A DNA stretch of 63,349 bases, filler included, from an uncultured bacterium (GTDB lineage: Bacteria > CAYSBA01): the NCBI GenBank assembly GCA_964429075.1. It is 22 parts of 22 records of this genome, joined end to end, with 100 filler letters (N's around TTAATTAATTAA, not from the genome) between each part and the next. Parts side by side here need not be neighbours in the genome. Positions count along the whole stretch, not along the records: positions 41,043 to 43,769 come from CAYSBA010000257.1; positions 43,870 to 46,595 come from CAYSBA010000258.1; positions 46,696 to 49,416 come from CAYSBA010000259.1; positions 49,517 to 52,236 come from CAYSBA010000260.1; positions 52,337 to 55,051 come from CAYSBA010000261.1; 17 more parts are not named here. One strand, 5' to 3'. Of this stretch, positions 41,061 through 52,594 are shown piece after piece. The position numbers and the translations under genes are program-made. The stretch's first letter is position 1; the number at the start of each line of letters is the position of its first letter. The notes under the pieces were generated by a model that saw only the letters and a list, made by a program, of their open reading frames with translations, made no database searches and was not told the origin of the DNA.

Positions 41061-42559
41061 CTATTTTTCTTCATCATGCTTTTTTTTCTTAAGAATTATT
41101 ACGGTTGAATTCTCCTTTTTCAGGTATCTATCTATTAATAACTGAAGTTCATCTATCTGTGCAGATGTAATAACATCAAGATAATCAAAAAATTTCTTCC
41201 ACGAACCAAAAAAGCCTTCCCAGTAGGCAAGGTTTTCTGCAATGCCACTGTTAGAAGATATATCCCATATCATGCTGGCCTTCTCCAGTCTCTTGGCCCT
41301 GTTCAGTGTCTTTTCGTCAATAAGATCTTTACTCTTTTCAATTAACTCAAATATTGCCTTTGATAGGTCTTCAATTCTGGTATCTCCTGCAGTCTGAGCA
41401 TAAAAGACAAAAAGATTATTATATCTCAGCCCCGGCCAGTCTGAACTTGCTCTGATTACAGAGGCTATCTTTCTCTTTTTTACAAGTTCTTTATAAAATA
41501 TGGAGCTTCTACCACCAGTAAAGATCGTTGCAAGGAGATTAAAGAGATAGGCATCCCTATCTGGATAGGTTGGTTTATGAAAGCCGATTAAAAGTTGAGG
41601 CTGTGCATCGAAGAAAATAATCTTTTTCCTCTGTTTTTTCTGCTTAGGTTCTTCTGGAAATCTCTCTTGCTCTCTCTTGCCCATGGGGACAAGGCCAAAA
41701 TACTTATTGAGTATGGGTCTTATTTCATTTACGGTAAGATCGCCAGCAAGTGAAATGATCATCCTGTCTGACCTGTAGAATCTGTTGTAGAAATCTTTTA
41801 GATCATCACGGAAAAGATTTCTAAGGTCTTCAACCTTACCAATTGTTGGTATTCTGTATGGATGCTTCTGGAATGCTGTTGTTATTAGGTTGTAATATAA
41901 CAAACCAAAAGGACTGTTTTCAACCCTCATCCTCCTCTCTTCAATAACAACCTCCCTCTCTTTATAAAAATATCTAAAAACGGGATGGGTGACCCTCTCA
42001 CCATTAAGTCTTGCCCAGAGCTCAAAGGTATTCTTAGGCATATCTTCTGCATACATTGTACCATCCTGCCATGTCCAGGCATTGAAGAAGCCGGCTCCAG
42101 ATTCTTCGAATATCCTATTCATAGCCTCTGAATCAACAAGCAGTGATATCTTTTTTTCTGTCTCAGCAATCTCTGAGATGATCTTTTGTTTCTCAGTTTG
42201 TTGCTTTGCTTTGGATAATTTTTTATACAGCCTATCGAGTTTTGCAGATAGCTCTTTCTCTTTCGCAAAATCCTTTGTACCAATGGTAGGTGTACCTTTA
42301 AACATCATGTGTTCAAGAAGATGAGCCATTCCACTTTTACCTGGTGGCTCATCTACTGCACCGGTAGTAAACAGTATCCGTGCAGAAAATACTGGTGCTG
42401 TATGATTCTCAAAAAGAAGTACTTTTATACCANNNNNNNNNNCATCCTTTTCTCAAAATTGTCCTTCAATCTTGACTCCCAGCTTGAACCAAAAGAATTC
42501 TGATTGAATAAAATCAAAAAGAGTAGCAGTGATACTATAAATGACTTTTTATAAAACAT
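41061..42559 (-). CDS. Peptidase M16 (pitrilysin family), secreted
   Basis: Signal peptide from ATG 42559, GAVDE..GK.GMAHLLEHMMFKGT, FNAWT, EREVVIEERR; 10-N gap at 42433-42442. Confidence 0.92.
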
Positions 42560-42606
42560 AGGCAGTTTATAATAATCAGACACCTAATTGTCAATATATA
42601 ACTTAT

Positions 42607-42634
42607 TGAAACTGAACCTTTGGAAGTTGGACAC
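42607..42634 (+). mobile_element. Possible IS3/IS150-family terminal remnant
   Basis: TGAAACTGAACCTTTGGAAGTTGGACAC resembles IS150-group ends (TGAACTG.ACC...AAGTTGGACA); no transposase present. Confidence 0.35.
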
Positions 42635-42650
42635 AGAATACAAAAAAATA

Positions 42651-42885
42651 GGCAGTTAACTAAAATTTTGTGTAAAGCTAACATTGAAATCTGTTGAATG
42701 ACTTTCTGAGTTAGGAATAAAAGATGGCAGATGGTAGCGGATGAGGGTATCATAGTTACGCCGTCTGGTAGAGAGAAGATTTCGCAGAGAGTATTCTCCT
42801 GAGCGAAGAGAATTCCGGGAGGAAGTCCTATTTACGCTTAGATAGTCAGTTGTACAGGCATAAACAAAATTTATTGTCAATATTA
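42651..42885. mobile_element. Possible IS256-derived remnant/MITE
   Basis: Left end GGCAGTTAACTAAAATTTTGTGTAA with an imperfect inverted copy TAAACAAAATTTATTGTCAA about 210 nt away; minus-strand ORF ending FTQNFS at the end. Confidence 0.4.
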
Positions 42886-43071
42886 ACACTACAATTATTG
42901 CTATGAGGCAATCTTCATCTTATGTCCCCGCCATTTTCTACTATATAATTTTTTTCAAGAGAGGTAGCTATTATTAAGCGAGTGAACACAGCCAGTATAT
43001 ACATGACCTCTGTAAGTTATCAATCCGGGTTTTTTGGTATCTACCGGGATTTCTTTTGTAGATCTGAGGAC

Positions 43072-43769
43072 CTATTGACCACAGGCGGACTTCAGGCCCA
43101 GCCTACAGGCCCTGTCGAGAAAGAATAGGCCCTTCTGTCTGTCTGCTTTTACGCCTGCACCTCGAAGATACAGGTAACCCAGCTCTCTGCAGCTTAAAGC
43201 ATCATTGCCTGAACAACCAATAGAGAAATATTCAAAGGCTTTCTTTATATCCTGTTTTGTTCCATAACCTTTTTGATACATAACGCCCAGGTCCCCACAG
43301 CTTATATAGTCACCCAGCTCACACCCCTTTTTTGTATATTCAAAGGCCTTTTTTAGATCTTTTTTAACTCCATATCCCTTGCTATAAAGACCTGCCAGAT
43401 TATAACAGGCAACCCCAATACCGTTATTGCAGGAGAGCTCATAATATTCAGAGGCCCTTTTATAATCTCTCTCCACACCCTTGCCATTCTGATAGAGGAC
43501 TCCCATGTTGTTACATCCCTTCATGAATCTCATCTCACAGGCCCTGTTGTAATATTTATATGCAGTTACATAGTCCTGTTTTACACCTATCCCCTTCTCG
43601 TACATATAGCCGATATAGTTACACCCAATACTATCCTCCCCTTCACAGGTCTTTTTGTAAAGCTCCATAGCTATCTCTAAATCCTTTTTTACACCCAATC
43701 CATATTCATAAAGAACCCCAAGGTTATAACATCCTCTAAATACTTTCCCATTACAGGCTTTTTCAAAAT
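43072..43769 (-). CDS. Sel1-repeat Cys-rich (Hcp-like) protein, 5' truncated
   Basis: Tandem C..LG..Y..G.GV..D...A...Y...C repeats of about 36 aa. Confidence 0.92.
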
Positions 43770-43869
43770 NNNNNNNNNNNNNNNNNNNNNNNNNNNNNNN
43801 NNNNNNNNNNNNNTTAATTAATTAANNNNNNNNNNNNNNNNNNNNNNNNNNNNNNNNNNNNNNNNNNNN

Positions 43870-44816
43870 ACATGTAGATAATATCCAAGTGTTGCAAATA
43901 GTACCACCCTACCTGTGCTATCTTTGATAAAAACAAAATCCGATGGCTGAGCAGAAAGATCAATCTTATTTATGGATGGCCTGATAACTACATCACCAGA
44001 CTCTCTGGTTGCATGTAACATGACCTCCACAAGATCACTCGAGCCTTCCAGTACCGTAAAGATACTCTCTGTATCGTCATATTCATCCCCATCAAAGAGA
44101 TTATTTGAAAATTCTATTTTTATTGGTGGCTTGTCAGAATCAAAGAGAAGCAAAGGAATCTTCCAGGCCTTGGCAGATGGATTTGCAAGGTCAATTAAAT
44201 GGAGAGTTGAGCCCTCCACAAGGACAGCAAATCTTTTTACAATTACTTCGCCATCTACCAAAAAATGTATATCTTCTGAAAAGACTACATCATCTATCAT
44301 CGCACTTACAGAGACAAGTGTCCGTTCGCTCAGCCATATCCCATTATCCAGCTTCAAGACAGCAACCTTGTTGGCAAATACCATCTCTTCATTAGTGGAG
44401 ATACCCTTTTTGTAGTATGCGACTGCCCATTTTCCATCGCCTGATATTTTAATGGCAGTATAGTTTTCTGAGACTGTTAACTCTTTGACAGATAAATCTT
44501 CATCATTTACTACTATTATACTCTTCTTTGTCGGGACTGTTCCAAGTAACAGTGCATTACTTGTTGATACAACACTAACAAAACCCTTCACTCCATCAGG
44601 CACTACAATAGTTTTTGGTTGCTCTTGTGGTTTTTCTATATCGATTGCAAATAAAATATTACGTGTTTGATCAAACATAAATAGATGTCTCTTTAATATC
44701 AGAGGATTATTTTGAAATACACCAGCATTCTTATCATATACTGTTGTGGTACACCCTGCTGATATTATAAATATAAACAAAATAACCGCTACAACTTTTT
44801 TTATAGATCCTTTCAT
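43870..44816 (-). CDS. Putative beta-propeller lipoprotein (3' truncated)
   Basis: Lipobox ISAG-C, beta-rich with SGDGKWAV blade-type motif. Confidence 0.7.
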
Positions 44817-44826
44817 CCCATTCTCC

Positions 44827-46460
44827 CTATCTGATTCTCGAATTTAGTTCAAACCCGGTCAGTGTCCTTGATGTCTTATCAACCGGATCTATAAAGGTGA
44901 TCCTTCCTTCTGGATGTTCCTGCGAGACATAAACTAAATTGTAATCAGCCAGATAACCAATGTCGTTTGGGAACGATGTGAGAGGATAATTGTATACTAT
45001 AAAACTCTTCATATCTGCCTGAAGGATTTGTTTATCCNNNNNNNNNNATCCTTTCTGTTTTTGTCAGAAAACATCAAGAAAAGAAATCTATTATCTGAAG
45101 TAAATAAAAAGTCCTTTATTTGACTTCTGGTATTTATAACCTTTGGAAAAAGTGTATCAAGATCAAGAAGGGTAAAATTATATGGGTTGGTTGATGATTG
45201 TCCGACTTTATGAAATATCAGAGCCTTTGTCCCGTCTGGAGATATTACGGCACCATAGATATAATAAGAAAGTTTTGTATATCTTATCTCATCTGTATCA
45301 ATATTCAAAAGAGCACATGAATCTGAATCTGTTGAGTTAGAAAACACCAGTGCAAGATCAGAAAGTTGTGAAACCTCAGTCTGTCCAACAGGGATTAATA
45401 GTTGATATTCGTCCGCTACAGGGTTTGAATTTGGATTGAGTGATGAAAGATTTACAGTAACAACCTTATCCACATCAGGGAGTGAAAAGATTAATAGATC
45501 CTTATCTCTTAAATAATCCATATCTGTTGATGGAGAAACAAGATCATAGTATTCCACCTCACCAGAATCCAAATTTACAACCCTGAAGGTACTCGAATCC
45601 GGGACCCTAACAACTGCATTGTTGCCGTCTTCAGTGATCAGCACCTCATAATCCTTTGTATCTTCAAGTGGATCATCAGAAAGCTTAACTGGAGGAACTA
45701 TTGTATCATCATCAATCGATTCAGGATCTATTATCGATATACCACCATCGTTAACAATAAATGCCCTGCCTGAGGCGAACTGAATATCCCTTGGTTTTGG
45801 TCCGATTGTAAGATGATGTGCAGGTGGGGGATTGTTGTCAATATCAGTTAGGTCTCTGAGGTCGATGAGTGAAACTTCCTGATAGTTCCCAGGCCCATTG
45901 TTGTCGTACCAATCATAAAATACATAGGCAAATCTACCTTCTGGATCAACCACTATTCTGTTGTAATCAGGTCTTAACTGTAATATTACTACCCTATCTT
46001 TGCCAGAACGCGAATCAACAATTGCAATTTCATTCCCACCTTCATCAAGAACCAACGCAACATCCTTTCCTGGCAATGTTGTGATAAATGCAGGTTTCTG
46101 TACAGTATCTATTGTAGTTATCTCTAATGTCTCTGCATCTATCTTTGCAATGTGCTCCTTGGAAGGTGTTATTATAAAAACATACTTTTTACCTCTCGCA
46201 GGTGGTGCATAGTATCGAGATTCATGTTCATTCCCCCCATTTGAATTATTATCATCTGTACCGTTCTGATCTATCTTAGTGCAAAAACCATCTGTACATA
46301 TATACCCATCTGGACAGTCTATATCATAACTACACTGCGCATAATATCCATCGTCAAATCTATCTGATCCAACGCTTTTTGCCATTTCATCAGAAGCACA
46401 GGATATCAAACCCAGCAGAATGACCGTAAATAAAAGGATCACTAACCTACATCTCATCAT
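44827..46460 (-). CDS. Beta-propeller (YncE-like) lipoprotein with N-terminal Cys module; one gene split by an N gap
   Basis: Lipobox LIS-C, CSYDIDCPDGYICTDGFC, DPEGRFAYV/SPDGTKAL blades; GGAT flanks both sides of the gap at 45038-45047 and merging them restores one frame (NRKD-KQILQADMKSF...). Confidence 0.78.
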
Positions 46461-46487
46461 TTACCTCCCTAAAAACACAAAGATACA

Positions 46488-46503
46488 AGCAATATAAGTG
46501 CCA
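46488..46503 (-). promoter_or_regulatory. sigma54 (-24/-12) promoter
   Basis: TGGCAC-TTATA-TTGCT, consensus match 28 nt upstream of the ATG, with GGAGG RBS. Confidence 0.75.
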
Positions 46504-46787
46504 GATACCAATTGCAGGATCATAAGGGCAATCATAACAGCTATAAAACTATTTATTTAATTATCTTAAAAAAATCATCTTGATGTTTGCAAGAANNNNN
46601 NNNNNNNNNNNNNNNNNNNNNNNNNNNNNNNNNNNNNNNTTAATTAATTAANNNNNNNNNNNNNNNNNNNNNNNNNNNNNNNNNNNNNNNNNNNNAAAGA
46701 GGGTCAGATTTGCCAAAAATAATAATGTAGAGCAGAATATCTGCCTGAAGCACAGATAACCACACAAAAGGATCTATTATACCTCTT

Positions 46788-47045
46788 TTATACATCTTTA
46801 TCTATGTCTCTTTTTTTGTCATTTTCTTGTTCATGTAAATATCGTTTAGCCTCTCTGTAAAGGGCCTTGAATGCAGCTGCAATGCCTGCAACAAGGAAGA
46901 TATAAACAAAAATATGCCTCTTCCATAATACCCTGTCCAGAAATAAACCCAAAAAATAACCAATTGCCACCGATGCCCCCATCTCTATGCCGAGGGCAAG
47001 ATAGCTACCGGATTCCTTTAACTCCTTTAAATAGGTCCTTTTCAA
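46788..47045 (-). CDS. AtpZ/AtpI family membrane protein
   Basis: LGIEMGASVAIGYFLGLFLD...G.AAAFK.LYR. Confidence 0.8.
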   Translation of the reverse strand: MKRTYLKELKESGSYLALGIEMGASVAIGYFLGLFLDRVLWKRHIFVYIFLVAGIAAAFKALYREAKRYLHEQENDKKRDIDKDV

Positions 47046-47197
47046 ACAGCAACATACAAAAATTGTTCGTCATTGATATCAAAATAAGTATTATTAGTCA
47101 AATTATCCTCTTTGCTTGTCATAGTCTTAACAATCCCTTGACAATGATATCCATAGCCTATAAGTAGTTTTTAACCCGAATCTTAAGGGAGGATATC

Positions 47198-48850
47198 ATG
47201 GAAAAGGTATACAGGGCTCCAAGAGGCGATAAGTTACACTGCAAAGGATGGATTCAAGAGGCAGCATACCGCATGATTCAAAACAATCTCGATCCAGATG
47301 TTGCAGAAAAGCCACAGGAACTCATAGTATATGGAGGTACAGGAAAGGCAGCACGTTCACATAAAGAACTAGAAAAGATCTTGGGCGCACTTTTAAAACT
47401 TGAAAACAATCAGACCCTTCTCGTCCAATCAGGAAAGGCTGTTGGAGTGATTGAAACCCATCCCGATGCTCCAAGGGTACTTATAGCAAATTCAAATCTT
47501 GTTCCTCACTGGGCAAACTGGAAATACTTCAGAGAACTGGAGAGATTAGGACTTATTATGTACGGGCAGATGACAGCCGGTTCCTGGATATATATTGGTA
47601 CACAGGGAATCCTTCAGGGTACCTATGAAACCTTTTCTGCAGCAGCGCACACCCACTTTAAATCAGATCTTACAGGAAGGCTTGTTGTGTCAGCAGGACT
47701 TGGGGGGATGGGAGGTGCTCAGCCACTTGCAGTTACGATGAACAATGGGGTTTTCCTCGGAGCAGAGATAAATCCAGAGAGGTTAAAAAAGAGAAAGAAA
47801 ACAAAATACCTCGATATCATCGCAGATTCAATAGAAGAGGCTATAGACCTTGCCATTAATTATAAAAAGGGGAAAAAGCCAATCTCTATCGGGGTTTGTG
47901 CAAATGCAACAGAGCTACACAGAGCACTTATCGAAAGAGAAATTGTTCCGGATATTGTTACAGACCAGACAGCAGCACACGATCTTTTGAATGGTTACTA
48001 TCCCGAAGGGTTTAGCTACGAGGAGGCAGAAGAACTCAGAAAAAAGGACCCAGATGAATATCTAAGGCGTGCAAGAGATACGGTAAGAAGACATGTTGAA
48101 TACATGAATATGCACCTTAAAAATGGTAGCCATGTCTTTGACTATGGTAACAATATAAGGACCCAGGCAAAAGAGGCTGGCCTTGAGGATGCCTATCAGT
48201 TTCCGGGGTTTGTTCAGGCCTATATCAGACCACTATTCTGTGATGGGATGGGACCTTTCAGGTGGGTGGCACTCTCAGGTGATCCTCAGGATATCTATAC
48301 TACAGATAAAGAACTAATGAACCTTTTCCATGAGAAAAAGAGTCTCATCAGATGGTTAAAACTTGCCGGTGAACGTGTGGCATTTCAGGGATTACCGGCC
48401 AGAATCTGCTGGCTTGGATATGGAGAGCGTGACAGGGCAGGACTTCTATTCAACTACCTTGTGAAAAAGGGAAAGATCAGGGCACCGATTGTTATTGGTA
48501 GGGATCATTTAGACTGTGGTTCTGTTGCATCTCCCTTTAGAGAGACTGAAGGGATGAAGGATGGAAGTGATGCAATAGCTGATTGGCCCATCCTTAACGC
48601 ACTTATAAATACAGCATGTGGTGCTTCATGGGTCTCCTTTCATCATGGTGGAGGAGTTGGTATTGGATACTCACTACATGCAGGTATGGTCATTGTTGCT
48701 GATGGTACAGAAGATGCAGAAAAGAGACTTGAAAGGGTACTTAAGGCAGATCCTGCCACAGGCATAATTAGACATGTGGATGCAGGATACCAGCGAGCAG
48801 AGTCTTGCGCAAAGGAAAAGGATGTAAAGATCCCCGGTCTTAACTTTTAA
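47198..48850 (+). CDS. hutU: Urocanate hydratase
   Basis: [56 protein letters not shown]. Confidence 0.98.
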   Translation: MEKVYRAPRGDKLHCKGWIQEAAYRMIQNNLDPDVAEKPQELIVYGGTGKAARSHKELEKILGALLKLENNQTLLVQSGKAVGVIETHPDAPRVLIANSNLVPHWANWKYFRELERLGLIMYGQMTAGSWIYIGTQGILQGTYETFSAAAHTHFKSDLTGRLVVSAGLGGMGGAQPLAVTMNNGVFLGAEINPERLKKRKKTKYLDIIADSIEEAIDLAINYKKGKKPISIGVCANATELHRALIEREIVPDIVTDQTAAHDLLNGYYPEGFSYEEAEELRKKDPDEYLRRARDTVRRHVEYMNMHLKNGSHVFDYGNNIRTQAKEAGLEDAYQFPGFVQAYIRPLFCDGMGPFRWVALSGDPQDIYTTDKELMNLFHEKKSLIRWLKLAGERVAFQGLPARICWLGYGERDRAGLLFNYLVKKGKIRAPIVIGRDHLDCGSVASPFRETEGMKDGSDAIADWPILNALINTACGASWVSFHHGGGVGIGYSLHAGMVIVADGTEDAEKRLERVLKADPATGIIRHVDAGYQRAESCAKEKDVKIPGLNF

Positions 48851-48870
48851 ACATATAAAAGGAGATTGTC

Positions 48871-49416
48871 ATGCAGGAGGGTTTTAAAACAATCATTGAG
48901 CCTTTTAAGATAAAATCTGTTGAACCTATCAGGATGTCCACTAAAAAAGAGAGAGAGAAGTATATAAAACAGGCCCATTACAATCTGTTTTTTTTAAGAT
49001 CTGAGGATATAATCATTGATCTTTTGACCGACAGTGGTACCGGTGCCATGAGTAGCAGTCAATGGGCCGCTCTCATGGAGGGTGATGAGGCCTATGCAGG
49101 GAGTCGGAGTTACTACCGTTTTGAAGAGGTCATAAAAGATATCTTTGGGTTTAAATATGTGATACCAACCCATCAGGGAAGGGCAGCAGAACATATCCTG
49201 TTTAGTGTAAAGGTCAAAAAAGGGCAGTTTGTCCCCAATAACAACCACTTTGATACAACAAGGGCAAATATTGAATATCTTGGAGCACATGCAGTTGATC
49301 TAGTTATTGATGAAGGGATGGATCCATCATCTCAACACCCCTTTAAAGGAAACATGGATCCTGAAAAATTAAAGAGATTTATCGACGAAAAGGGCCCTGA
49401 TAATATACCATTATGT
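48871..49416 (+). CDS. tnaA: Tryptophanase / tyrosine phenol-lyase (3' truncated)
   Basis: EPFKIKSVE, IDLLTDSGT.AMS, GDEAYAG, PTHQGRAAE, HFDTTR, FKGNMD; tnaA and tpl cannot be separated from this fragment. Confidence 0.82.
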
Positions 49417-49550
49417 NNNNNNNNNNNNNNNNNNNNNNNNNNNNNNNNNNNNNNNNNNNNTTAATTAATTAANNNNNNNNNNNNNNNNNNNNNNNNNNNN
49501 NNNNNNNNNNNNNNNNTAGTATATTATATATTCCTCAAGGAGGACAGTAG

Positions 49551-50429
49551 ATGAAGCTGTTACATATTCTGCTTAGCTTTGCAATATTATTGCAGGGAGT
49601 ACCAGTTCTACCATTGTATGCTAAGGAGTCAAAAACAACCAAGGAGCAGAAAAAGGTAGAAAAAAAGGAGAAAAAAACCCGTCTTTTATTCCTTGGTGTA
49701 GATCTAAAAGGAGATAAAAAAGAGCTTGAAGGTACAGTAGCCTCCCTTGAAGAATTGGTTACAGCAAGACTAAGAAAGATCAAAAATCTTGAGGTACTGA
49801 CAAAGTCAGAAATACAGTTGATGCTTGCCGTAGAACAGCAGAAACAGCTACTCGGATGTGAATCCAATGTCTCATGCATGGCAGAGATTGGAGGAGCCCT
49901 CGGTGCCGGGCTGATACTCTCAGGTAGTCTAACTGTTATTAGTAGTGAAAACCTTAGCCTGAGCATGAAACTTATAGATATTAATAAGGCAAAGGTAATA
50001 TCACAATATACCGAGCAATTTAAAAAGCAGGACTTTGAAAAAGAGATGGTTGATGTGGCATCTCGTTCTGTGACTCTTCTTTTTGAAAAAGGGGGGATGC
50101 ATATTGAGATGGAAAAACCTGTTGATTATGTAATGCTTGGTGCATTTACCATCGGTGCAATTGCCCTTGCTGCAAGTGGATATTTTGGATACAAGGTAAA
50201 ACAGGCAAATGATGCCTATGACTCATTAAAAAAAGAACAACAACAGAATGGATTATACCTCTATTCTGGAGCATCAATGAAGGAACTTGCAGATGGTCAG
50301 AAATATCAAAACTACCATTTAATAACCCTCGGAACCGGGATTGTTGGGATTACTGTAGGTGCTTATAAGCTATTTTTTGGAGGCCAGAACAAAAAGAAAA
50401 AGCAATCAAAAAGTCAAAAAAATCATTAA
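49551..50429 (+). CDS. Secreted hypothetical protein (CsgG/TolB-N-like domain plus C-terminal hydrophobic helices)
   Basis: Signal peptide; QKQLLGC....SCMAEIGGALGA motif common in Myxococcota proteins. Confidence 0.6.
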   Translation: MKLLHILLSFAILLQGVPVLPLYAKESKTTKEQKKVEKKEKKTRLLFLGVDLKGDKKELEGTVASLEELVTARLRKIKNLEVLTKSEIQLMLAVEQQKQLLGCESNVSCMAEIGGALGAGLILSGSLTVISSENLSLSMKLIDINKAKVISQYTEQFKKQDFEKEMVDVASRSVTLLFEKGGMHIEMEKPVDYVMLGAFTIGAIALAASGYFGYKVKQANDAYDSLKKEQQQNGLYLYSGASMKELADGQKYQNYHLITLGTGIVGITVGAYKLFFGGQNKKKKQSKSQKNH

Positions 50430-50461
50430 AGATCAGAGCAAGTATTATCTGGAGGGACATT

Positions 50462-50926
50462 ATGATCAAAAGATGTCTTTTTGTAATTATCTTTGCTGTA
50501 GTGTTTTCATCTATCTCCTATGGAGGGACAAAAAAACAGAGAAAAAAGGTTGTAGTTATAAATCGCTCTTCTGTCCCTACCTATGTAAATCCGCCCGGAA
50601 ATGCAGGAATAAAGATCTTGCTTGATGAAACCAATGGGTCAAAAAATGCCTATTTTGGACTATGTACCTTTTTACCAGGGGTAAAGGTACCTGCACATTT
50701 ACACAAGGATTCTGATGAGATATTATATATCCTCTCAGGAGGGGGTATACTTAAGGCATACGGTAAAGAGTACCACCTTAAAGCAGGTGATGCCATACTG
50801 ATCCCTGCAGGTGTCAAACACTCCTATATCAACGATTCTAAGCTAACACCAACACAGTGCATTCAGATCTATGCAAAACCTGGCCCACAGAATCGCTTTA
50901 AAAAGTGGAAAAGCCTAAAGGAGTAG
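50462..50926 (+). CDS. Cupin domain protein with signal peptide
   Basis: [29 protein letters not shown]. Confidence 0.9.
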   Translation: MIKRCLFVIIFAVVFSSISYGGTKKQRKKVVVINRSSVPTYVNPPGNAGIKILLDETNGSKNAYFGLCTFLPGVKVPAHLHKDSDEILYILSGGGILKAYGKEYHLKAGDAILIPAGVKHSYINDSKLTPTQCIQIYAKPGPQNRFKKWKSLKE

Positions 50927-52236
50927 ATCTGGTGGAGGAAGACAGGACCTATAAAACCTCATCGAATATAAAATTAAAACCATATTATACAAAAAAGGAT
51001 ATAAGACAAACAGATGAGGTACCAGGAGAATATCCCTTTACAAGGGGTATCCGCAAAGGGATGTATCGAGAAAAACTATGGACTATGAGACAATATGCCG
51101 GTTTTGGAACGGCAGAAAAGACCAACTTAAGATTCAGAAAGCTCCTTTCTCAGGGACAGACAGGGTTGAGTGTTGCCTTTGATTTACCCACACAGATGGG
51201 CCTTGATTCAGATGACCCTATGAGTGCTGGCGAGGTAGGGAGAACTGGAGTAGCAATTGATACGATCGCTGATGTAGAAAGGCTGTTCAAAGATATACCG
51301 CTGGACAGAGTCAGTACTTCCATGACAATAAATGCCACGGCTATGATCCTATTGGCAATGTATGTGGTGGTAGGCAAAAGACAGGGTGTGGATATAAAAA
51401 GTCTTCGTGGAACTGTACAAAACGACATCCTAAAAGAGTATGTGGCTCGTGGCACATACATCTTCCCACCAGAAGAGTCCATGATGCTTGTGGCTGAATT
51501 ATTCAGATGGTGCTCTGAAAATCTGCCAAAGTTCAACACCATAAGTATTTCTGGTTATCACATGAGAGAAGCTGGAGCCAATGCTGTTCAGGAGATTGCC
51601 TTTACACTCTCCAACGGGCTTGAATATATAAAATATGCTATTAACACCGGACTTAATATTGATCGGTTTGCTAAAAGATTATCCTTCTTTTTTAGTGCCT
51701 CAGATAACTTCTTTGAAGAGATTGCAAAGTTCAGGGCAGCAAGGCGCCTATGGGCAAAGCTTGTTAAAGAGCGTTTTAACCCTGAAACAGAAAGGGCATT
51801 AATGTTACGTTTTCATACACAGACTGCAGGCTCATCTCTTACAGCTCAACAGCCTATGAACAATGTAATCAGGGTAACACTGCAGGCCCTGGCGGCTGTC
51901 CTTGGCGGTACACAGTCTCTCCATACAAATGGTATGGATGAAGCGTTATCCATACCCACTGAAAGTTCTGCACTACTTGCTTTAAGGACACAGCAGATCA
52001 TTGCATATGAGACCGGAATTGCAGATGTAGCAGATCCCTTGGGTGGTTCTTTCTATATTGAAAACCTTACATCTCAGATAGAAAAAAAGGCACTTGAACT
52101 TATAAATAAGATAGATAATATGGGCGGTTCGGTAAAGGCCATAGAGGAAGGATTTATTCAAAAGCAGATTCAGGAATCAGCATATGCATACCAGAGAGAC
52201 ATTGAGAATAAAAAAATATACAAGGTGGGAGTTAAT
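50905..52236 (+). CDS. Methylmalonyl-CoA mutase-family catalytic subunit (3' truncated)
   Basis: [55 protein letters not shown]. Confidence 0.95.
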
Positions 52237-52336
52237 NNNNNNNNNNNNNNNNNNNNNNNNNNNNNNNNNNNNNNNNNNNNTTAATTAATTAANNNNNNNN
52301 NNNNNNNNNNNNNNNNNNNNNNNNNNNNNNNNNNNN

Positions 52337-52585
52337 GGAGACATACTGTTTGTGACCCGACCTGGAAAATCCATTTATCGGGGTAGTAATGTTGAAAGAT
52401 TTTACAGTACCATTCAGTTTATAAATAAAAATTTTTCACAGAATACCATTATATGTCCAGGACACTCCTACGGTGGATATACCATTTTGGAACTATCATA
52501 TATCAAGGAAATAAACCCCTGTTTTGCATGGACAGAAAAAGAGGAATTCATAAAATTTAAAAAAGAGATGGACCAAACTCTTTGA
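52337..52585 (+). CDS. MBL-fold metallo-hydrolase, C-terminal fragment
   Basis: GDILFV...ICPGHSYG...E..NP. Confidence 0.75.
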   Translation, partial: GDILFVTRPGKSIYRGSNVERFYSTIQFINKNFSQNTIICPGHSYGGYTILELSYIKEINPCFAWTEKEEFIKFKKEMDQTL

Positions 52586-52594
52586 GATTCTCAC

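Noticed and set aside
42760..42830. Glycine riboswitch-like words (GAGAG, CGAAG)
   Set aside because: No CTCTCAGG/CTTTCAGG element in the right order and no suitable downstream gene
42955..43050. AGAGGTAGC start resembling a lysine riboswitch
   Set aside because: The downstream conserved elements (GAAAGG, GCCGAA, CTGTC) are absent and no gene follows on that strand
44827..45012. Separate 61-aa gene or frameshifted pseudogene
   Set aside because: It is the C-terminus of the upstream lipoprotein; the frame change is caused by the nominal 10-N gap
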